From an uncultured Actinomycetes bacterium (GTDB lineage Bacteria; Actinomycetota; UBA4738; HRBIN12): a DNA stretch of 64,000 bases. Each line of letters starts with the position of its first letter. Within the stretch, counting starts at the first letter, position 1. Below are positions 58,459-64,000 of the stretch, one piece after another. Both the position numbers and the translations under genes were made by a program. The notes under the pieces were generated by a model. The model ran no database searches. It worked only from the letters and a program-made list of their open reading frames with translations, and was not told the origin of the DNA. The DNA is taken from NCBI GenBank assembly GCA_963704725.1, contig OY969934.1, positions 960,001 to 1,024,000 on the forward strand. The letters are read 5' to 3'.

Positions 58459-58497
58459 GAACGAGGGGCGGATCCCCAGGGGATCCGCCCCTCGTTC
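58459..58497. terminator. Perfect 19-bp inverted repeat, probable bidirectional terminator
   Basis: gaacgaggggcggatcccc-a-ggggatccgcccctcgttc between convergent genes. Confidence 0.75.
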
Positions 58498-58518
58498 GCG
58501 TTCAGCTGCTGGCCGGTG

Positions 58519-59865
58519 TCACAGCGCGGCCGGCGGAGGGTCGAGGACGGGGAGGCCTTCTCGGGCGACGGCCGACCAGAACCTGCCGCTGTCGCGCACC
58601 CGGCGCTCCAACGTGGCGTAGTCGACATGCACGATGCCGAACCGGGGCCGGTACCCCCGTGCCCACTCGAAGTTGTCGAGCAGCGACCACACGAAGTACC
58701 CCCGCAGCGGGACACCGCGTTCGAGGGCGTCGAGCGCGGCGCCAAGGTGCCGGTGGAGGAAGCGGACGCGCTGCGGATCCCGGGTGGGCTCGAGTTCGTC
58801 GACCGGGTACGCCGCGCCGTTCTCCGTGACGTAGATCGGGAGGTCCCCGGTCCGCGAGGCGGCGAACTCGAGCACCTCCGTGAGCCCCGGCGGGTACACC
58901 TCCCATCCCATGTCCGTGCGCTCCTCCTCGGCGGCCGTGGTCTCGAGCGGCGGCAGCAGCGGCGAGCGGACGATCGATCGCGAGTAGTAGTTCACGCCCA
59001 GGAAGTCGATCGGGGACGCGATGAGCTCGAGGTCGCCGTCCCGGATCTCCTCGCGGCGCCACCCCCACGCCCGGGCCCCGTCCTCCGGATAGCCCCGGCC
59101 GGTGACGGGGTCGAGGAACCACCGGTTCATCTGGTCGTGCGCGACGAGCGCCGCCTCGACGTCGAGCGGATGGCCCGTCGCGGGATGCTGCGGCTCCAGG
59201 TTGACGACGATGCCGACCGAGGCGTTCGGGGCGGCGGCGCGGACGGCCCGCACGCCGAGCCCGTGGGCCACGAGCACGTGGTGGGCGGCCGCGAGTGCCG
59301 CCGCCGGCTCCGTCCGCCCCGGCGCGTGCGAGCCGACCCGGTACCCGTGGTCGGCGACGATGAAGGGCTCGTTGAACGTCGAGATGTGCCGGACGCGGTC
59401 CCCGAGCCGGCCCGCCACGACCGAGGCGTAGCCGGCGAAGGCGTCGGCGGTCTCCCGGGCGGGCCACCCGCCGGCGTCCTCGAGCGCCTGGGGCAGGTCC
59501 CAGTGGTAGAGCGTGAGGTGCGGGGCGATCCCGTTGGCGAGCAGCTCGTCGACGAGCCGCTCGTAGAAGTCGAGCCCCGCCTCGTTCACCTCGCCGACGC
59601 CGGCCGGTATGACACGCGGCCACGAGACCGAGAAGCGGTACGCGTCCAGGCCCAGCTCGGCGATGATCGCGACGTCCTCGCGGTACCGGTGGTAGTGGTC
59701 GCAGGCGACGTCTCCGGTGTCGCCGCCTCGAACCCGTCCCGGCGTGTGCGAGAAGCGATCCCAGATGCTCTCGCCCCGGCCGTCGGCGTCCGCCGCGCCC
59801 TCGATCTGGTACGAGGAGGTGGCGGCCCCGAACACGAACCCGTCGGGGAATCGTTGACCGGTCAG
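58519..59865 (-). CDS. GH1 beta-glucosidase
   Basis: FVFGAATSSYQIEG, TFNEP, YVTENG, WSLLDNFEW; probable CTG start after GGAGG. Confidence 0.93.
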   Translation of the reverse strand: MTGQRFPDGFVFGAATSSYQIEGAADADGRGESIWDRFSHTPGRVRGGDTGDVACDHYHRYREDVAIIAELGLDAYRFSVSWPRVIPAGVGEVNEAGLDFYERLVDELLANGIAPHLTLYHWDLPQALEDAGGWPARETADAFAGYASVVAGRLGDRVRHISTFNEPFIVADHGYRVGSHAPGRTEPAAALAAAHHVLVAHGLGVRAVRAAAPNASVGIVVNLEPQHPATGHPLDVEAALVAHDQMNRWFLDPVTGRGYPEDGARAWGWRREEIRDGDLELIASPIDFLGVNYYSRSIVRSPLLPPLETTAAEEERTDMGWEVYPPGLTEVLEFAASRTGDLPIYVTENGAAYPVDELEPTRDPQRVRFLHRHLGAALDALERGVPLRGYFVWSLLDNFEWARGYRPRFGIVHVDYATLERRVRDSGRFWSAVAREGLPVLDPPPAAL

Positions 59866-59998
59866 GATGCCTCCATCCGTGAGGTTGCCGAGGTCGCCGA
59901 GAGGGTACCCGGGGAGCGCGGTCCGACGCGCCGAGCCCGGCCTCCTCGGCCCGATAGGATCGCGGCATCCGGACGCCGACCGAATCGCACCGACCTCC

Positions 59999-60934
59999 AT
60001 GAACCCGGCACGCGGCGCCATCCTGTGGGCCGCCGACAACCCATGGCTCCGCGAGCACCTGCCGAACTTTCGGTTCGTCCGTCGGAGCGTTGCACGATTC
60101 ATGCCCGGCGAGCGCCTCGAGGACGCCCTCGCCGCGGCCGAGAGGCTCGCCGCCGACGGCGTCCCCACCACGTTCACGGCGCTCGGTGAGAACGTCACGA
60201 CGGAGGGGGAGGCTCGGCGGGTATTCGATCACTACGTGGAGGCGCTCGCCACGATCGCCGAGCGAGGGTTCGACACCGAGGTCTCGGTGAAGCCGACCCA
60301 TCTCGGGCTTGACGTCGGTCCGGATCTGGCCGCGCGGAACCTCGCCAGGCTGGCGGAGGTGGCGGGGGAGCGGGGGAACTGGTTGTGGCTGGACATCGAG
60401 TCGAGCCCGTACGTCGACCCGACGATCGAGCTCTATCGCGGCGTTCGCCGGTCCCATCCCAACACCGGCATCTGCCTGCAGGCCTACCTGCGGCGGACTC
60501 CTCGGGACGTCGAGTCCCTCCTGCCCGAGGAGCCCTCGATCCGGCTGGTGAAGGGCGCCTACCGAGAGAGCCCGGAGCTCCTCGTCGGCGGTAGGTCCCT
60601 GGTCTCCGAGGCCTACCGCGTGCTCGCGCTCCGGCTGCTCGAGGCCCGGGGTCCGAAGTCGCGGGTGGTGCTCGGCACCCACGACGTCGGCCTGATCGAG
60701 CGCGTCGAGGCCGACGCCACGGTCCGAGGGATCCGGCGCGAGGCCCTGGAGATCGCGATGCTGTTCGGCATCCGCGCGGCCGACCAGCTCCGCCTGGCGC
60801 GCGAGGGGTACGCGATCCGAACGCTGATCGCCTACGGCGAGTACTGGTACCCGTGGTTCATGCGACGGATCGCCGAGAAACCGGTCGAGAACACGCTGCT
60901 GGCGCTGCGCAACGTCGTGGCCGGTCCCGCCTAA
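59999..60934 (+). CDS. Monofunctional proline dehydrogenase
   Basis: RFMPGE, LGENV, SVKPTHLG, LQAYL, RLVKGAY, THD, WFMRRIAE. Confidence 0.9.
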   Translation: MNPARGAILWAADNPWLREHLPNFRFVRRSVARFMPGERLEDALAAAERLAADGVPTTFTALGENVTTEGEARRVFDHYVEALATIAERGFDTEVSVKPTHLGLDVGPDLAARNLARLAEVAGERGNWLWLDIESSPYVDPTIELYRGVRRSHPNTGICLQAYLRRTPRDVESLLPEEPSIRLVKGAYRESPELLVGGRSLVSEAYRVLALRLLEARGPKSRVVLGTHDVGLIERVEADATVRGIRREALEIAMLFGIRAADQLRLAREGYAIRTLIAYGEYWYPWFMRRIAEKPVENTLLALRNVVAGPA

Positions 60935-61002
60935 CGGGCGCGGCGGAGCTCACGGCAGCGGAAGCAGTCGACGGTGTGGTCGTTCACGAGACCGCACGCC
61001 AT
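60931..61002 (-). pseudogene. tag: 3' fragment of DNA-3-methyladenine glycosylase I, cut off by element insertion
   Basis: Reads (M)ACGLVNDHTVDCFRCRELRRAR*, matching the Tag C-terminal QAxGxVNDHxxxC motif; similarity ends at ~61000. Confidence 0.8.
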
Positions 61003-61039
61003 GGTAAGATAGCGCGTAGCTTTCGTAGGGAGGACCGCC

Positions 61040-62326
61040 ATGACCGAGACCAAGCGCGTCGCCGGCTACGTGCGGCTGTCCAAGGAGACCGAGGAGACGA
61101 CCTCCCCCGAGCGGCAGCGCCGGGCGATCCGGCGTCTGTGCTCTGATCGCGGCTGGACGCTCTCGGAGACCTTCGAGGACATCGACGTGTCCGCCTACAA
61201 CGGGCGGCACCGGCCGAGCCTGGAGCGGCTCATGTCGCGGCTGGGGGACTTCGACGCGGTCGTCTTCTGGAAGCTCGACCGGCTCTCGCGGTCCTCCGTC
61301 GAGGCCGGGCAGATCGCCGAGCGCTGCAAGGCCGAGGGCGTGGACCTGGTCGCCACGGACATGAACCTGGACACGACGTCGGCCGGGGGGAAGTTCATCT
61401 ACACCGTGCTCGCGGCGGCCGGGGAGATGGAGTCGGCCCGCATCTCGGAGCGGTCCCGCTCGATGATGGAGTACAAGCGCGACCGGGGGGAGTGGGTCGG
61501 CAAGCCTCCGTTCGGCTGGCGCGTCAAGGACAAGCGCCTTGTGCCCAACCGCTCGCAGCAGGCGGCGCTCCGCAAGGCCGCACGGGCCTTCGTCGGGGGC
61601 GCGACGCTGGCCGAGTGCGCCCGGATCCTCGGGTTTGACCAGGCGACCGTCGCGCAGCGCATCCTCCGGTCTCCGCGGGTCCAGGTGGCGCTCGGCGCCC
61701 TGGGGGACGAGCTGGCTGCCGCGCTGCGCGCTCGGGCGATGCAGCGCGTACCCGCGTCTCGCCGCTCGCTCCTCGGCGGCATCGCCCGGTGCGCCATCTG
61801 CGAGGGGCCGATGCGGCTATCGTCCACGCGGGCCGGCCGGCAGGGCCGCTGGACGACGTACCGGTGCACCCAGACCGGGCACGCAGGCATCGCCGGCGTG
61901 TGGCTCGAGGAGTTCGTCTCCGGGGCCGTGCTGGACGCGATCGACCCAAAGGCGCTCGGCCGACGGATGCGCGAGCGCCAGCGGAACCCGAAGGCTGCGG
62001 AGATCGCCGCCATCGAGGCCCGCATCGTCGAGCTGGAGGACATGGTGGGCGACGGCACGCTGACCCGGTCGGCGTTCGTTCGCCAGCGGGACCGCCAGCT
62101 GGGCCGGGTCGCGGAGCTGCGCGGAGTCGACTTGGACTCAGACGCCCCGGATCTGCCGCTGGAGATCGCCCGCAACCTCGGGTCCTACTGGCCGAAGATG
62201 ACGACCAGCGAGCGGCGGGACGTGGTGCGTGCCCTCATCCGGCGGATCGTGGTGACCAAGGCGCCGCCAGGATCGAACGGCCACCCCCCGACGGCCGATC
62301 GCGTCTCTGTCGAGTGGCGTGCCTGA
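61040..62326 (+). CDS. Serine recombinase/integrase
   Basis: YVRLSK, FEDIDVSA, WKLDRLSR, PPFGW, CAICEG...YRC. Confidence 0.92.
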   Translation: MTETKRVAGYVRLSKETEETTSPERQRRAIRRLCSDRGWTLSETFEDIDVSAYNGRHRPSLERLMSRLGDFDAVVFWKLDRLSRSSVEAGQIAERCKAEGVDLVATDMNLDTTSAGGKFIYTVLAAAGEMESARISERSRSMMEYKRDRGEWVGKPPFGWRVKDKRLVPNRSQQAALRKAARAFVGGATLAECARILGFDQATVAQRILRSPRVQVALGALGDELAAALRARAMQRVPASRRSLLGGIARCAICEGPMRLSSTRAGRQGRWTTYRCTQTGHAGIAGVWLEEFVSGAVLDAIDPKALGRRMRERQRNPKAAEIAAIEARIVELEDMVGDGTLTRSAFVRQRDRQLGRVAELRGVDLDSDAPDLPLEIARNLGSYWPKMTTSERRDVVRALIRRIVVTKAPPGSNGHPPTADRVSVEWRA

Positions 62327-62359
62327 ATTACCGTGTGCGGGGGGCTGGTCTGGCCGGGC

Positions 62360-62713
62360 CTAGGTCGGCAGCGCGACGGCCGTTCGCGACTCCCGCACGG
62401 CTTCATCGGCGAGGGCGTACAGCTGACCCGTGGCGATGCGTTTCCGGAACCCGCACCGGCGGCACCGCAGTTCCTCCCCACGCCGAGCCCGCTGCTTGAG
62501 TGTCTCTGAGTCACGGTAGGAGTAGCCCTTGGGCGCCTCGATCATCGGCACTATCCAACGACGGGTGCGGGGAGCGGTGTTGTCACCGCGGCGCGACAGA
62601 TCGAGGTGCCATCGTGGCCGGTCTCCCGTTACCGCCTCGCCGAGCAGCTGTAGGCGGCCAATCGTTGCGCCGCAACGCGGGCAAGGGACACGAATGACAG
62701 GCTTGTTCTTCAC
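62360..62713 (-). CDS. Hypothetical protein with two CxxC motifs
   Basis: CPRC and CRRC; GTG 62713 preceded by a TACCTT -10-like box. Confidence 0.55.
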   Translation of the reverse strand: MKNKPVIRVPCPRCGATIGRLQLLGEAVTGDRPRWHLDLSRRGDNTAPRTRRWIVPMIEAPKGYSYRDSETLKQRARRGEELRCRRCGFRKRIATGQLYALADEAVRESRTAVALPT

Positions 62714-62833
62714 CCTGCCCGCAAGGTACCATGGGCGCCAACCGCACACCTGGGCGAACAGCCCCCGATCGAGTCGCACCGGCAGGCCCAAGTAGGAGGG
62801 CCCCCCGGACGGGCTCTGGGAGGGGTTGCCCAG

Positions 62834-63031
62834 ATGCTGCCGTTGCTTCTGCGGGTGCCCGAGGCTTGCGAGGCGCTGGGCCTCAGCCGCGAGACCATCC
62901 GACAACTGCTGGTGCGGGGGGAGCTAGAGGCCGTCCGTTTCGGTTCGGCCGTGCGGATCACCCGCAGCTCCATCGAGGCCCTCATCAAGCGGCGCACCGG
63001 CGCCTCCGCCAAGGCGGTCGGGGCCTCGTGA
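62834..63031 (+). CDS. Excisionase-like HTH_17 DNA-binding protein
   Basis: LLRVPEACEALGLSRETIRQLLVRGELEAVRFGSAVRI. Confidence 0.88.
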   Translation: MLPLLLRVPEACEALGLSRETIRQLLVRGELEAVRFGSAVRITRSSIEALIKRRTGASAKAVGAS

Positions 63032-63273
63032 GCCGCCGCCTCTCGCAGGGAGTGCTCGACGAGGTCGCCGGGGTGCTCGAGCGCGCCGCCGAGCGGCTCG
63101 TCCAGAAAAGCGAGCGGCCGGGATCACGCCCGGGCCTTAACGCAGAGGAGGCCCGGCGGCACACCGGGCCTCGCTCGCAGAACTCGCACCTTGGGCAGGA
63201 GCGTCGGCCGAAGCGTACACCCCGGCGCCCACACGGAGCAGCTGCTTCGGTGGGTGGTGCAGGTGCCCAATGA
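63028..63273 (+). CDS. Hypothetical protein
   Basis: GTGA overlap with the xis-like gene; helical N-terminus. Confidence 0.45.
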   Translation: MSRRLSQGVLDEVAGVLERAAERLVQKSERPGSRPGLNAEEARRHTGPRSQNSHLGQERRPKRTPRRPHGAAASVGGAGAQ

Positions 63274-63859
63274 GCCCCGGGCGTCCATGCGAACGGTCTG
63301 GCAGCGGGCGATCCGCGAGTCCGCGCTCACGCGGACCACGAAGCTCGTCGCGTTCACGTTGGGCACGTTCATGAACGACATCGCCACCTGCTATCCCTCG
63401 CTCCCCAGGCTTGCCGCCGGCGCGAGCGTCGACGTTGCGACCGTGAAGCGCCACCTGGCGACCCTGGAACGCGCCGAGTGGGTCGCCCGGGCGCGGGGTG
63501 GAGGCCGGCAGAAGACCACCGTGTACACGGGCCGGATACCGGCGCGCGCGTGCGCCGGTTTCGACACCGAGGAACAGGCGCGCTGGTGCGCCCGTTCCGA
63601 GGAAACCGGCGCAGGATCGGCCGGAAACCGGCGCAGGAATCGACCGAAACCGGCGCAGGATCGGCCGGAAACCGGCGCGCCAGTGCGCCTCGAAGTTGAA
63701 AGAGAAGTTGAAAGAGAAGGTGCTGAAGGGGGCAGAACCAAGAGGCGCGCCAGTGGAGAAGGCAGAAGCCAACAGCAAGTCAACGGCTACAGCCACAGGC
63801 TCGGCCGTGCCGCCGAGATCGCGGACTGGGCGCGACAGCTCGAGGAGGCGGGTCAGTGA
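63263..63859 (+). CDS. HTH replication initiator-like protein
   Basis: WQRAIRES...KLVAFTL...CYPSLPRLAAGASVDVATVKRHLATLERAEW; contains iterons. Confidence 0.78.
   Translation: MPNEPRASMRTVWQRAIRESALTRTTKLVAFTLGTFMNDIATCYPSLPRLAAGASVDVATVKRHLATLERAEWVARARGGGRQKTTVYTGRIPARACAGFDTEEQARWCARSEETGAGSAGNRRRNRPKPAQDRPETGAPVRLEVEREVEREGAEGGRTKRRASGEGRSQQQVNGYSHRLGRAAEIADWARQLEEAGQ
63602..63720 (+). repeat. Four GAAACCGGCGC repeats at 22-bp period plus two GAAGTTGAAAGA copies; putative replication origin
   Basis: Repeat starts at 63602, 63624, 63646 and 63668; A-rich 12-mer tandem at 63692-63715. Confidence 0.8.
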
Positions 63860-64000
63860 TGGGCGCCGACAGCTCTACGGATCGCACGCCGTGGGACCAG
63901 GCCTTCGACGACCTGGAAGCCATCCTGCCCGAAGGCCCCGATCCCCGGGACCGGGCGGGCGATGCCTTCCTCAGGCTGGCCCGCAGCTGGGTGCAGGACC
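63859..64000 (+). CDS. Hypothetical protein, partial
   Basis: ATG overlaps the rep stop; GGAGG upstream; open to the window end. Confidence 0.5.
   Translation, partial: MGADSSTDRTPWDQAFDDLEAILPEGPDPRDRAGDAFLRLARSWVQD

Larger units (their letters stand above)
61001..64000. mobile_element. Prophage- or satellite-like integrative element (left end); continues past the window
   Basis: Serine integrase, Xis-like HTH and HTH replication protein with iterons, next to the tag remnant. Confidence 0.8.

Noticed and set aside
63602-63690. Possible CRISPR array
   Set aside because: Period is only 22 bp with no unique spacers, it lies inside a CDS, and no cas genes are present; it fits iterons

Overview
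High-GC actinobacterial chromosome segment, probably from an uncultured lineage. 1-35.9 kb is mostly core: an XRE-cupin-regulated sugar-type ABC operon with two amidohydrolases (one fused to a permease) and an M24 peptidase; a two-component system; an rsbV/rsbW/sigB-type cluster; mmuM, rlmN, an ABC-F ATPase, cell-envelope genes, tldD/pmbA, uppP, cpaB, mtnP, fmdB, galU, moeA, moaC, a SepX/GlpR-like gene, a Translin/TRAX homologue and tRNA-Ala(CGC). A ~15 kb island sits in the tRNA 3' end: a large serine recombinase that reads into the tRNA, a Replic_Relax protein, a ~2400-aa secreted Rhs/PA14 protein, a lipoprotein, a decayed Rhs remnant, a DUF4143 ATPase and an ankyrin protein, followed by vapBC. 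At 54.3-58.5 kb is my best candidate for an undescribed system: twin back-to-back GTAAGG-N15-CGTC ECF-type promoters that face (i) an unannotated 44-aa classical C2H2 zinc-finger microprotein plus a membrane-tethered ECF sigma-ZAS-TM-5xCalx-beta fusion and (ii) a secreted protein. At ~61.0 kb a second serine-integrase element (Xis-like gene, HTH replication initiator with 22-bp iterons) has inserted into the 3' end of tag (DNA-3-methyladenine glycosylase I) and runs off the window. Several single-base frameshifts may be sequencing errors. All calls were made by eye from motifs; no database searches were run.
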